Shown piece after piece: positions 30,706 through 40,359 of a stretch of 64,000 nt of DNA. The DNA is from an uncultured delta proteobacterium (GTDB lineage: Bacteria; Desulfobacterota; Desulfuromonadia; Geobacterales; Pseudopelobacteraceae). The stretch spans positions 256,001 through 320,000 of the forward strand of contig CAVYYZ010000002.1 of assembly GCA_963772835.1 (NCBI GenBank), read 5' to 3'. Each line of letters opens with the position of its first letter. Positions within the stretch are counted from its first letter, which is position 1. The translations under genes were made by a program, and so were the position numbers. The notes beneath the pieces are model-generated. The model was not told where the DNA came from, did no database searches, and saw only the letters and a program-made list of their open reading frames with translations.

Positions 30706-31179
30706 TCAATTTTCGGTCATAAAGTGCTGTTCATACAAATCTTCAAGAGCCTGCAAATGGCGGCTTTCCTCCTGGTGAAGCTGTGCAAACAGCTTTCCCA
30801 TCGGAGCTCCGGAACACCCGTTTGAAACTTTGCTGTAGAAGTCCACCGCACCCTTCTCCAGGTGGATGGCATATATTAGAGCCTCACGCACTCCGGACTT
30901 TGGACCGAGTTCCTCTTTTTTAAGCAGGTAATCAAGGTGCATGGTAGGAATAGGTGTGTCAAGGTCCGTGCCGCCATCCATTCGCCCATCCAGCAGCGCT
31001 TTCTCAAGCTGGTGTTTGTGATCCAGTTCATCCAACGCATTTTCACGTAGCAATTCCTTCGCCCCTTTATGAGACAGCTGCCGGATAGCATACAGATAAT
31101 TACGGAACCCTTCCTCTTCCATCGAAATCGCCATTTCGAGCGCGGCATCAAAGGTATAACAGACCTGATCATTTTCCAT
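30706..31179 (-). CDS. Ferritin-like/rubrerythrin-domain protein
   Basis: AISMEE..Y...DELDH and AIHLEK..FY...EESRH di-iron helix pairs. Confidence 0.85.
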   Translation of the reverse strand: MENDQVCYTFDAALEMAISMEEEGFRNYLYAIRQLSHKGAKELLRENALDELDHKHQLEKALLDGRMDGGTDLDTPIPTMHLDYLLKKEELGPKSGVREALIYAIHLEKGAVDFYSKVSNGCSGAPMGKLFAQLHQEESRHLQALEDLYEQHFMTEN

Positions 31180-31181
31180 GT

Positions 31182-31703
31182 TTACGCCTCCTGCTCGATC
31201 AGCCGGACAGAGGTCATGAAGACCGGCTCAACCGGCACATCGGAATGACCGTTCTTGTTTCCTGTTTTCACCGCCCGGATCTGGTCAACCACATCCATCC
31301 CCTCCAGAACCTGCCCGAAGACGCAGTAGCCGAAATGGTCCTGATGTTTCCCTTTATGATCCAGAAACGCGTTGTCTACGGTGTTGATGAAAAACTGGCA
31401 GGTAGCCGAATCAATCACCGCCGTGCGGGCCATTGCCAGAGTGCCGCGTTTATTCAGCAGGCCGTTGGTCGCCTCATTCTTGATGGCGAACTTCGGTTTT
31501 TTTATCTCCATATTCTCGTTCATGCCGCCGCCCTGCACCATAAAATCCTTGATGACACGGTGGAATATCAATCCGTCGTAATGCCCGTCCTTGACATAGG
31601 AGAGAAAGTTTCTGACGGTTATCGGGGCTTTTTCCCTGAATAGTTCAATTGTGATGGTACCCATCGACGTTTCCAGCTTGACCTGCGGGTTCTGATCTGA
31701 CAT
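31182..31703 (-). CDS. ppiB: Cyclophilin-type peptidyl-prolyl isomerase
   Basis: FHRVI..FMVQGGG, AMART, QFFIN and GYCVFG motifs. Confidence 0.93.
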   Translation of the reverse strand: MSDQNPQVKLETSMGTITIELFREKAPITVRNFLSYVKDGHYDGLIFHRVIKDFMVQGGGMNENMEIKKPKFAIKNEATNGLLNKRGTLAMARTAVIDSATCQFFINTVDNAFLDHKGKHQDHFGYCVFGQVLEGMDVVDQIRAVKTGNKNGHSDVPVEPVFMTSVRLIEQEA

Positions 31704-31901
31704 CTGTCTCCTCCACTGTATAGTTGATAAGAATTCTGATGAGCCGGAAAAATATCCTAAGTTAGTATCATAGTACGAAGATAAATTAAACCCAAATTGT
31801 CAAAGAGGTGCCAAGAAACTGCCGTTGCGCAAATGTACCGGTAACAATATACTAACCGGGAGAGAAGGTGCTGAAAAAGTGACCCATGAAACATAGGGGA
31901 C

Positions 31902-31941
31902 AATAAAACAGGGGCCGCTCTACGACGGCCCCTGTTTTATT
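31902..31941 (-). terminator. Intrinsic terminator downstream of the quinone oxidoreductase
   Basis: AATAAAACAGGGGCCG-N8-CGGCCCCTGTTTTATT perfect inverted repeat. Confidence 0.8.
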
Positions 31942-31965
31942 TCTGCATCCTGAGGCAGAAATCGA

Positions 31966-32952
31966 CTACTGAATTCTCAGGACTATTTTTCCGAAATGTT
32001 TATCCTCCTCCATCATCCGATGCGCATCGGCCACTTGATCAATGCTGAAGACTCTTTCAATGATCGGGACGACACTGCGATCGGCAAACTTCGGCAGGGC
32101 ACGGCGTGTAAATTCAGCTACTATTTCCCCTTTTTCAGCAACCGGGCGAGAACGAAGGACACTGCCGATAATCTGTTGACGTTTCACCATCATCAGGGCC
32201 AGATTAAGCTCGGCTTTGATGCCGCTGATAACGCCGATTATCACCAGACGCCCTTTATAGCCAAGCGAATTCATATTTGGAGCCAAATATTTGGCCCCGA
32301 CATGATCCAGAATTAAATCGACCCCTTTTTTGTTCGTAAAAGCCTTCACCTCCTCTGTGAAATCAGGAGTCTCATGGAAGTTTATCAGAAAGTCGGCGCC
32401 AAGCGCCTTGACCCGCTCCATTTTTGCCGGAGAAGCGGTCACAATCAGTTTGCTGGAAGGAGTAAGCGCCCGGCAGAGTTGAATAGCGGCGGTATTAACC
32501 CCGCCGCCGCCGCCGTGCAGGATGGCAGTCTGCCCATCCTTGAATTCGCCGATCATAAAAACGTTCAGAAAGGCCGTAATATATGATTCGCAAACACACG
32601 CGGCTTCTTCAAAGCTCATACTATCCGGTATGCGCATCAAATGATCGGCATATGCAACAGCAAATTCGGCATACCCGCCACCGCCGACCAGCGTCATAAC
32701 CCGCTCCCCCATCTTCCATCCGGTAACACCCGCTCCCAAGGCCTCAACAACCCCCGCGACTTCAAGACCGAGAATCTCGGAATCTCCTGCCGGGGGCGGA
32801 TATTTCCCTTCACGCTGGACCAGATCGGGCCGGTTTATTGATGATGCAAAAACCCTTATCAGCACCTGTCCCTCGGTTGGCACCGGTTGTTCAGCTTCAC
32901 CGATCCTGAGTACATCCACACTGCCAAAAGCATCCATTAAAACGGCCTTCAT
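31966..32952 (-). CDS. NAD(P)H-quinone oxidoreductase (PIG3/zeta-crystallin MDR family)
   Basis: INRPDLVQREGKYPPP, ILGLEVAG, GGGYAE, HGGGGGV and GSVLRSR motifs. Confidence 0.9.
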   Translation of the reverse strand: MKAVLMDAFGSVDVLRIGEAEQPVPTEGQVLIRVFASSINRPDLVQREGKYPPPAGDSEILGLEVAGVVEALGAGVTGWKMGERVMTLVGGGGYAEFAVAYADHLMRIPDSMSFEEAACVCESYITAFLNVFMIGEFKDGQTAILHGGGGGVNTAAIQLCRALTPSSKLIVTASPAKMERVKALGADFLINFHETPDFTEEVKAFTNKKGVDLILDHVGAKYLAPNMNSLGYKGRLVIIGVISGIKAELNLALMMVKRQQIIGSVLRSRPVAEKGEIVAEFTRRALPKFADRSVVPIIERVFSIDQVADAHRMMEEDKHFGKIVLRIQ

Positions 32953-33187
32953 ATTTGCTCCTTCTGCGGTAAAAATCCTATGCGTACATATCAAGTCAGT
33001 ACGTGTAAAGAACTTTCCCGGCGGTTATTTGATTAACAGGCTCGACCTGTTTCTCTGATATACGGCACCGAATGTAGCGACTTACGCCTGTTTTGTAAAC
33101 ACAAAATCAAACGTGTGAACCGCTTGATTTAGCGCCTTATTTCTGCGATAACAGGGTCATTTCATAACAGACGGCAAGGACCTCCCC

Positions 33188-33931
33188 ATGAATATAATGA
33201 TTACCAACGATGACGGCATCCACGCCGCCGGTATACGCGCACTTGCCGAAGCGATGGCAGAACTGGGAACGGTTACCGTTATCGCGCCCGACCGCGAACG
33301 AAGTGCCGTTGGCCACTCTCTGACTCTACACTCTCCGCTGCGCATTTTTGAGCTGCATAAAGGGTGGTACGCTGTTGACGGCACCCCGACTGATTGTGTC
33401 AACATGGGTATCCACAATATGCTTCCTATCACACCAGATCTTGTGGTGTCCGGCATCAACCACGGGGCTAACCTTGGTGACGACGTCACCTATTCCGGGA
33501 CTGTTGCGGCAGCGATGGAGGCTAATCTGATGGGCATTCCAGCGATCGCCTTTTCGCTGGCGACCTTTGAACCGAGTAACCATTTTACCGATGCAGCACA
33601 GATTGCCGTACAGGTTACCCGCCAGGTAATCACTCATGGCCTCCCCGCAGACACCTTCCTGAATGTCAACATCCCCGACTGCCCGCTGGACAGAATGCAG
33701 CTTCCGCTGATAACCCGCCAGGGTAAGCGCTCTTTTATCGGAAAAATTGTCGACAAAACCGACCCTCGCGGGCGGAAATATTTCTGGATCGGCAGTGAAG
33801 AACCGCATTTAAACGATGAGCCGGGAACAGACTTTCATGCCATCAACCGGCATCACGTTTCCATCACCCCGCTCCATCTCGATCTGACTAACCACAGATC
33901 GTTGCCGATTCTTGCCAAATGGTCGTTTTGA
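33188..33931 (+). CDS. surE: 5'/3'-nucleotidase SurE
   Basis: TNDDG, GTPTDCV, SGINHGAN and YSGTV motifs. Confidence 0.96.
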   Translation: MNIMITNDDGIHAAGIRALAEAMAELGTVTVIAPDRERSAVGHSLTLHSPLRIFELHKGWYAVDGTPTDCVNMGIHNMLPITPDLVVSGINHGANLGDDVTYSGTVAAAMEANLMGIPAIAFSLATFEPSNHFTDAAQIAVQVTRQVITHGLPADTFLNVNIPDCPLDRMQLPLITRQGKRSFIGKIVDKTDPRGRKYFWIGSEEPHLNDEPGTDFHAINRHHVSITPLHLDLTNHRSLPILAKWSF

Positions 33932-33937
33932 CATATA

Positions 33938-33966
33938 TGGACAATCATACTATCTCCTGCTATAGT
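33938..33966 (+). promoter_or_regulatory. Promoter for pcm-rpoS-apt
   Basis: TGGACA-17-TATAGT with a TGC extension. Confidence 0.6.
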
Positions 33967-34126
33967 CTCGCCCGTTTTAGTATGCGAGAACAATTTTTAA
34001 CGGCATTTCGTTGGAAGCATAGTCCCGTTATCGTATTTGATTCAGTGTATCGTGCCTGCTCTTCTGAAAATATTTTTTCGATTATCATGTGAACACAATT
34101 TGAATATATGGGATCCGGGGTCTGCT

Positions 34127-34780
34127 GTGAATTTTGATATCATGAGAAAAAAAATGGTGCAGGAGCAGATCGTGTCGCGCGGCATAAGTGACCGCCGGGT
34201 CATTGACGCAATGATAAAGATTCCCCGCCATATTTTCGTTCAGGAGGCTTTCGCCGCTCAGGCCTACAATGATAAGGCCCTCCCGATCGGCGAGAAACAG
34301 ACCATTTCACAACCCTACATCGTCGCATTAATGACCGAAAAACTGGCACTGACCGGTACAGAAAAGGTACTGGAAATTGGCACCGGCTCCGGCTATCAAA
34401 CCGCCCTTCTTGCCACCCTGGCCGACAGAGTCTACTCGGCAGAGCGAATTCGCCCATTAGCTCTGCGTGCCCGGAAATGCCTTGATTCTCTTAAGCTTTT
34501 CAACGTCCAACTACGTATTAATGATAACGAAGGGAGTCCAATCGGATGGGAGGAAGAGGCGCCATTTGATGCAATTATAGTTACCGCCGGGGCACCGGAA
34601 ATCCCCGCTATACTTACGGATCAGCTTGCCTCCGGTGGTCGTCTGGTAATCCCGGTTGGAACAGATGAACGGCAGCAATTGTATACAATAATAAAAAATG
34701 AAGATGGTGAATTGTACCACGAACCCTCGGCTGAGTGCCGTTTTGTCCCTCTGATCGGCAAACAGGGCTGGCAGGCTTAA
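34127..34780 (+). CDS. pcm: Protein-L-isoaspartate O-methyltransferase
   Basis: [26 protein letters not shown] and FVPL motifs; GTG start chosen. Confidence 0.94.
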   Translation: MNFDIMRKKMVQEQIVSRGISDRRVIDAMIKIPRHIFVQEAFAAQAYNDKALPIGEKQTISQPYIVALMTEKLALTGTEKVLEIGTGSGYQTALLATLADRVYSAERIRPLALRARKCLDSLKLFNVQLRINDNEGSPIGWEEEAPFDAIIVTAGAPEIPAILTDQLASGGRLVIPVGTDERQQLYTIIKNEDGELYHEPSAECRFVPLIGKQGWQA

Positions 34781-34809
34781 TAGCAAATACATCCGGAGAA
34801 AACCTGCAA

Positions 34810-35796
34810 ATGCGAAACGGCACCTTTCCAGAGCACGATTATAGTAACGAGGCCCCGCTTGTCGGTCTCTCGGCGTTGACGCTTAACGATATTGAAGAGC
34901 CGCTTCTGTTGCCGGATGATGAATTCATTGAAGATGAAATTGAAGAAGAAATTGAAGAAGAAATCCCGCTGGTTGAACTTGATCGTTATGATGATGCCAT
35001 AAAAATTTATCTGCGGGACATCCAGCGCACACCTCTCCTGAGTGCCGTCGCAGAAAAGGAGCTTGCCAAAAAAATTGAAACGGGTGATGACGCTGCCCGC
35101 GACAAGATGATCGAGTCGAATCTGCGACTGGTTGTTAAAATCGCCAAGCGCTATATAAACCGGGGTTTGCCCTTTCTGGACCTGATTGAAGAGGGCAACC
35201 TGGGGTTGATTAAATCGGTGGAGCGATTCAATCTGGCAAAGGAATGCCGATTTTCGACGTATGCGACCTGGTGGATCCGCCAGTCGATTGAACGTGCGCT
35301 TATCAATCAATCCAGAACGATCCGCCTGCCTGTCCATGTATCAGACGACATCGGCCGCATGATTCGGGTTACCCGCAAACTTTCCCATGAGCTGAACCGG
35401 GAACCGACAATCCAGGAAATAGCTGACGCCCTGAATGCAAAGATCCAGCATGTACGCCGGCTGATGACACTACTGCGTCACACATGCTCAATAGAGGCTC
35501 CGATCGGTGACGGCAACGACTTTGCTCTCATCGACACAATTGAAGACTGTTCCATGACACCTCCGGCAGACCAGCTTGAGAACATCAATATATTTGAACT
35601 GATTTCCGAACATTTCAGCAGACTTACGGAGCATGAACAAAAAATACTGACTCTCCGCTTCGGCCTTGACGACCATGAGCCCCAGACGCTGGATGTCATC
35701 GGCCAACAGTTCGGAGTCACACGTGAGCGCATTCGCCAGATCGAGGCAAAAAGCCTGGAAAAACTGCGGGCGTTATACCTACACAGTCAGACATAA
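34810..35796 (+). CDS. rpoS: RNA polymerase sigma factor RpoS
   Basis: Regions 1.2-4 ([41 protein letters not shown]); surE-pcm context. Confidence 0.88.
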   Translation: MRNGTFPEHDYSNEAPLVGLSALTLNDIEEPLLLPDDEFIEDEIEEEIEEEIPLVELDRYDDAIKIYLRDIQRTPLLSAVAEKELAKKIETGDDAARDKMIESNLRLVVKIAKRYINRGLPFLDLIEEGNLGLIKSVERFNLAKECRFSTYATWWIRQSIERALINQSRTIRLPVHVSDDIGRMIRVTRKLSHELNREPTIQEIADALNAKIQHVRRLMTLLRHTCSIEAPIGDGNDFALIDTIEDCSMTPPADQLENINIFELISEHFSRLTEHEQKILTLRFGLDDHEPQTLDVIGQQFGVTRERIRQIEAKSLEKLRALYLHSQT

Positions 35797-35823
35797 ACCA
35801 AGATGGCACGAGGAGTACCGCAG

Positions 35824-36339
35824 ATGAACGACCTTAAGGACATTATCCGTGATATCCATGATTTCCCCAAAAAAGGGATTATCTTCAAAGACATCACCAC
35901 GCTATTACAGGATGCTCAATCATACCAGAAAATGATTGACCTTATTTCTCATCGCTACATCGGCACACGAATTGACAAAGTTGTCGGTGTTGAAGCACGA
36001 GGGTTTATTATTGGTTCCGCGCTGGCGTATAAACTCTGCGCAGGCGTTGTACTGGTCCGAAAACCGGGCAAACTACCCTCCGACACTTTTAGCAAAACCT
36101 ACGACCTCGAATACGGCACAGATACTCTGGAAATTCACCAGGACGCCATCAAGCCGGGTGAACGGATTCTGATAGCTGATGACCTGCTCGCCACCGGCGG
36201 CACTATGGCAGCAGTTGTCGACATGGTGCAGAGCATGGGAGGGGAGATCGTGGAGTGCTGTTTCATGGCGGAACTGGATTTTCTGGAAGGACGCAAGCGA
36301 TTGCCGGAAGGAAAAGTCTTTTCACTTCTAAACTTTTAG
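35824..36339 (+). CDS. apt: Adenine phosphoribosyltransferase
   Basis: [22 protein letters not shown] and DDLLATGGT motifs. Confidence 0.96.
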   Translation: MNDLKDIIRDIHDFPKKGIIFKDITTLLQDAQSYQKMIDLISHRYIGTRIDKVVGVEARGFIIGSALAYKLCAGVVLVRKPGKLPSDTFSKTYDLEYGTDTLEIHQDAIKPGERILIADDLLATGGTMAAVVDMVQSMGGEIVECCFMAELDFLEGRKRLPEGKVFSLLNF

Positions 36340-36443
36340 TGCGCAAGACGTTATCATCTATACCCGGATGTGCACGGCTCTCTTTTTGAAAGGGGTTGAA
36401 CAGAAGCCACATCTCTGCTATACCACAACAGCTTTTCACATAC

Positions 36444-36520
36444 GTCCCCGTAGCTCAGCAGGATAGAGCACTTCCCTCCTAAGGAAGGGGCCGGTCGTTC
36501 GAATCGACTCGGGGACGCCA
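36444..36520 (+). tRNA. tRNA-Arg(CCT)
   Basis: GTCCCCGTAGCTCAGCAGGATAGAGCACTTCCCTCCTAAGGAAGGGGCCGGTCGTTCGAATCGACTCGGGGACGCCA; TTGAAC-17-TATACC promoter at 36396-36424. Confidence 0.97.
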
Positions 36521-36525
36521 ATAAA

Positions 36526-36564
36526 AACAGGCGCTTGCAATGATAAATTGCAGGTGCCTGTTCT
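36526..36564 (+). terminator. Terminator after tRNA-Arg
   Basis: AACAGGCGCTTGCAA-N7-TTGCAGGTGCCTGTT. Confidence 0.7.
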
Positions 36565-36884
36565 GTATCAGATTGTTACTTTTCCCGATAACATCGCCAT
36601 CACTTTTCCCCCCGCAAATATTTTACAACAAACATTTTCCTGCTATAATTTCAGATGTTGCAGATTTACCCTTTTTTAAAAGTATGCTGCCTGGATCTTT
36701 AGCAACGCCTCTGAAATTTTTCCTCTGTTTATGCGGCATCACTGAGCAAAACCAGCAGGAATATGAAAAGACGGCGTCAGAAGATAATTACAAGGAATGT
36801 CGTAGTTGAAACATGGTGACAACTTCAGGATTTAAAAGGGAAAAGCGTATGTTCCGGGTTTGATTCCGGCGGGGGCTACTGCCT

Positions 36885-38249
36885 ATGAAATTCAGTAACG
36901 CTATTATTTTATTGGTGCTTCTCCTTGGGGTGGTCAACTGCGGAGGCGGCAATGGACCACAGACAACCGTAAATGCAGGTACAGATGTCACTCCGCCTGT
37001 TGTTCCATACGGCCTCACCGCAACGCCATTCTCATCGGCACGAATCGATCTATCATGGACAGCGTCTTCTGACCCCGCCATAGCGGGGCTGACTACTTCG
37101 GGAGTAGCGGGATACCAGATCTTCAGGGACGGGAACGAGACACCTATTGCAACTACGAAGGCGACGACATATTCCGATGCCGGCCTTCTGGAATCAACGA
37201 CCCATTTTTATAGTGTTAATGCGTTTGACGTTGCGGGAAATGTCTCACTGCAATCAGCGACGGTTTATGCCACAACACTCTCAACGGATAGTATCCCGCC
37301 TTCTGTTCCCGACAATCTTTCCGCTATAGCCATCTCATCGTCTCAAATAGATCTCTCGTGGAGTGCCAGCAGCGACAACGTTGGAATCGCTGGATACCGG
37401 ATATTCAGGGATGGCCTGCTGGTTGCGACAACATCCACGACATTTTATTCCGACACCGGCCTCATCGCCGGCACGACCCACATATATACTGTCAGCGCGG
37501 TCGATACTTCGGGAAATATTTCGAAGCAATCCTCGCCGCCATCGACTCCTCCGACAACTCTCGCCTTTGACGACGAATTTGACGGTAACACATTGGATGC
37601 GACACAGTGGGTTTCCATGAACCGTCCGGGGGATTCGAGCAACAATGAGCAGCAATACTATCTTCCGACAAATGTCGCCGTATCAAATGGCTGGTTACAT
37701 ATCACAAGCAAGGTTGATAAATCAGTGCCCGGGTATAACTACACCTCCGAAATGGTACAGTGGAAGTCCTTCAACTTTACCTATGGCACGATCGAATTCA
37801 GGGCAAAGCTGGCCGGGGGCCAAGGCGCGTGGTCTGCCATTTGGCTGCTTGGTACCAACTGCCAGCAGTCGAACGTGAATTCTCCCGACAACGTCCCGCC
37901 CTGCAACTGGCCTGAAGTCGGGTCCGACGAGATCGATATCACTGAGATTTTGCACAGCAATACCACAACTGTAAACCAGCAGATTCACTCTGGCAGTATC
38001 AATACCGGTTGCACCGTGAGCACGACCGACGTGAGCCAGAACTGGCATACATACAAACTTATATGGGCCCCCGGCTCCCTAATCTGGCAGATCGACGGTG
38101 TGACCACCTGCAATATTACCAACGGAGTCCCTTCAACTCCAATGTTTCTCATGGTTAACACAGCGATGGGCGGAGTCGGAGGAGGTGCCATTATCGATAG
38201 TACACTGCCACAGACGCTGTCGCTGGACTACGTGAGGGTAACATACTAA
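36885..38249 (+). CDS. Putative lipoprotein with two fibronectin type III domains and a GH16 glycoside hydrolase domain
   Basis: Hydrophobic leader ending VVNC; two FnIII repeats (IDLSW.ASSD..GY.IFRDG..YSD.GL..AFD/AVD.GN.S); FDDEFDG..LD..W, YGTIEFR, W.AIWL, EIDITE, WHTY and LDYVRV. Confidence 0.85.
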   Translation: MKFSNAIILLVLLLGVVNCGGGNGPQTTVNAGTDVTPPVVPYGLTATPFSSARIDLSWTASSDPAIAGLTTSGVAGYQIFRDGNETPIATTKATTYSDAGLLESTTHFYSVNAFDVAGNVSLQSATVYATTLSTDSIPPSVPDNLSAIAISSSQIDLSWSASSDNVGIAGYRIFRDGLLVATTSTTFYSDTGLIAGTTHIYTVSAVDTSGNISKQSSPPSTPPTTLAFDDEFDGNTLDATQWVSMNRPGDSSNNEQQYYLPTNVAVSNGWLHITSKVDKSVPGYNYTSEMVQWKSFNFTYGTIEFRAKLAGGQGAWSAIWLLGTNCQQSNVNSPDNVPPCNWPEVGSDEIDITEILHSNTTTVNQQIHSGSINTGCTVSTTDVSQNWHTYKLIWAPGSLIWQIDGVTTCNITNGVPSTPMFLMVNTAMGGVGGGAIIDSTLPQTLSLDYVRVTY

Positions 38250-38672
38250 CCTCTCGAATTTAGTCCTGTTCTCACCCCGGTTTTTTGGGAACCGCCAAGC
38301 CCCATCGAATTCACCATGTCTTCAATTTTGAAAAATACGCTCACCGGTAACTTGATGAGCATCAGCATCATTTCAGCCGGCGCTTCGATATGGCCCCAAT
38401 ACTCTCTCGGCTGGTCATAGCACTTGCTCTGGCTGGAAAACGTCCTGAGGCCCTGTTGCGTTGCGACGGAGGCCCGTTCAAATCAGGTTACACAATGACA
38501 ATGACAACATGAATAACGACTGCCGCCTGTATGAAGCATAATGTAATCCATCAGGAATGTAGACATAAAGAGCGTTTTATACGTTGTTACCTGACAAACA
38601 AAAAAGCGGTAGGTAGGGTGAAATAATATACTGCTTTAAATCATCATGTAACAACATCAAGCCAGAAAACAT

Positions 38673-39167
38673 TCAATTGCCTCCGAACTGCAACTGATAG
38701 TGGATGTCATTGTTGTCGGTACCGTCGCCGAACCCGGAGGGGTTGATGCGGGCTTTGTAACTGGGTTTAATGTCCATCGTGACGCTGATGACTGTCCCCT
38801 TGTCTCCACGCAGAATGCCCTTTCCGACCGCTTTGGTACCGGCCGTTTTTGTAGTGACTGTGCCGGTATCAAACCCCCAGGTGCTGTTGTAGGTACTTGT
38901 AGAGACCCCTCCGTCTGTAAGCATGGCGGTATAGTTCCCTGCGAATTGCTCTCCTGTCAAGAGGTTGCGAGCGGTCATAATACCGGTGCCGGCGCTACGT
39001 TCAATGGCAAGGACGAATTCCGTGCCGTCCTTGAGGTTAAACATACGGCCGGGAATCATAATCGGGCCGGTTTGAGTCCGCGGGGCCACAGCGCAACCGG
39101 CAAACATCAGGGACAGAAGGATGATGGATACGAAGGCACTGACGGACCTTTTGCTGTAACTGTTCAT
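38673..39167 (-). CDS. Hypothetical lipoprotein
   Basis: AAGGAGG SD, lipobox FAGC, beta-rich body. Confidence 0.75.
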   Translation of the reverse strand: MNSYSKRSVSAFVSIILLSLMFAGCAVAPRTQTGPIMIPGRMFNLKDGTEFVLAIERSAGTGIMTARNLLTGEQFAGNYTAMLTDGGVSTSTYNSTWGFDTGTVTTKTAGTKAVGKGILRGDKGTVISVTMDIKPSYKARINPSGFGDGTDNNDIHYQLQFGGN

Positions 39168-39411
39168 TACAATCCCCTCCTTTAAATTAACTTCATTCTT
39201 TCATATTAAATTCGTTGATGGACCTGTGTCAGGCTATTGTCAACAAAATATATGGAGGCAATTCACACGTAATGGTTTTACATTTTAATTATTCTCTGGT
39301 TGACTCCGGGTCAACCTCTGATAGGATGCACATCACAAGCATGAACACCTGACGGTACGACTTGAACCGGTGTTTCTGTCATTTAAAGGAAACATCTTTG
39401 AAGGAGTTAGT

Positions 39412-39807
39412 ATGAAGATTCTCGTTGTTGATGATGATTTATTTAATACCACGGTGATATCGGATATTCTTTCGCCACTTGGCACCTGTGATACCGCAAA
39501 AAATGGAACCGAAGCGATTGCCCTCTTTGAAAAAGCCATATCCGAAGGGGTCCCCTATACTCTCATTTGTCTTGACATCATAATGCCGGGGATGGATGGG
39601 CGACAGGTCCTCAAACAAATCCGCTCCATCGAAGATGGCATGGGAACAGCAACCTCTGACCCTGTGAAAATAATCATGATTACTTCAGCAGTTGATGTGG
39701 ATACCATACTGAATTCTTATAATAGCAGGTGTGATGTGTATGTGACAAAACCGGTTTCCAGGGACATTATTATGGACAAAATCAGATACCTGGGCCTTAT
39801 TGCCTGA
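39412..39807 (+). CDS. Single-domain response regulator (receiver only)
   Basis: ILVVDDD, LDIIMPGMDG, IT and KP motifs; AAGGAG SD. Confidence 0.9.
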   Translation: MKILVVDDDLFNTTVISDILSPLGTCDTAKNGTEAIALFEKAISEGVPYTLICLDIIMPGMDGRQVLKQIRSIEDGMGTATSDPVKIIMITSAVDVDTILNSYNSRCDVYVTKPVSRDIIMDKIRYLGLIA

Positions 39808-39850
39808 ATGCTCCTGGCATCTGCTTTATGCATGAGAGAAAACGAACTCC

Positions 39851-39893
39851 ACAGTTAATGGGTTACAGGTGATGCCTGTAGCCCATTAACTGT
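39851..39893. terminator. Long hairpin (19-bp stem), probable terminator
   Basis: ACAGTTAATGGGTTACAGG-TGATG-CCTGTAGCCCATTAACTGT, one G.U pair. Confidence 0.65.
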
Positions 39894-40007
39894 TCTGAGT
39901 GAATAAAAGGTGAGGACGTCGTCGGTGGGTAATGAAATAAGCAGTTCAACTTTCCCATTTTACTCCTTTAAAAAAAAATTAAACAGACTGTTATTTTACT
40001 TTGACGG

Positions 40008-40300
40008 TGGTATAGTTTGATCAAGAAGTAGAAGGGAAAATCGTTTTGGAGGTTTTTTATTATGGAAGACACTCCACCTGAGCAGCACCGGATGTTGGAG
40101 TCAGTAGCGCTTCAATGAACCGTACGTGGATGTGAATATTTAAAAGGGGGGCGATTATTATCGCAGATATTCCGCCTGAAAGTAGGTCACATAGCTTTTT
40201 AGCACTACTCCGAGGGTAGCTTGGATCGGAATACTCCTTGAAAATGGAATCGAATAAGAAATGATACGTGAAGCCCGCCGAAATAATTGGCGGGCTTTTC
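40008..40300 (+). other. Putative independent small transcript (sRNA and/or two mini-ORFs, 40062..40118 and 40160..40219)
   Basis: Extended -10 TGGTATAGT, two degenerate 25-nt direct repeats each behind a G-rich SD-like tract, and a strong terminator. Confidence 0.45.
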
Positions 40301-40304
40301 ATTT
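40271..40304 (+). terminator. Intrinsic terminator upstream of nuoA
   Basis: AAGCCCGCC-N9-GGCGGGCTT followed by TTCATTT. Confidence 0.75.
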
Positions 40305-40324
40305 GTATGTATGAACTCAAAAAC

Positions 40325-40353
40325 TTTTACATGGAGGGCTCTTCTGCTATAGT
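40325..40353 (+). promoter_or_regulatory. Promoter immediately ahead of the nuoA ATG (leaderless configuration)
   Basis: TTTACA-16-TATAGT with a TGC extension; ATG 40360 begins 7 nt after the end of the -10. Confidence 0.6.
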
Positions 40354-40359
40354 ACCAGA

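Noticed and set aside
36656..36884. Possible GEMM-I (c-di-GMP/cGAMP) riboswitch in the GH16 leader
   Set aside because: The characteristic AAACC..GNRA..GG(A/G)CG(C/G)AAAGC core is not visible.
40116..40118. Selenocysteine readthrough of the mini-ORF TGA
   Set aside because: No recognisable SECIS hairpin or selenoprotein motif; the frame stops again shortly after.
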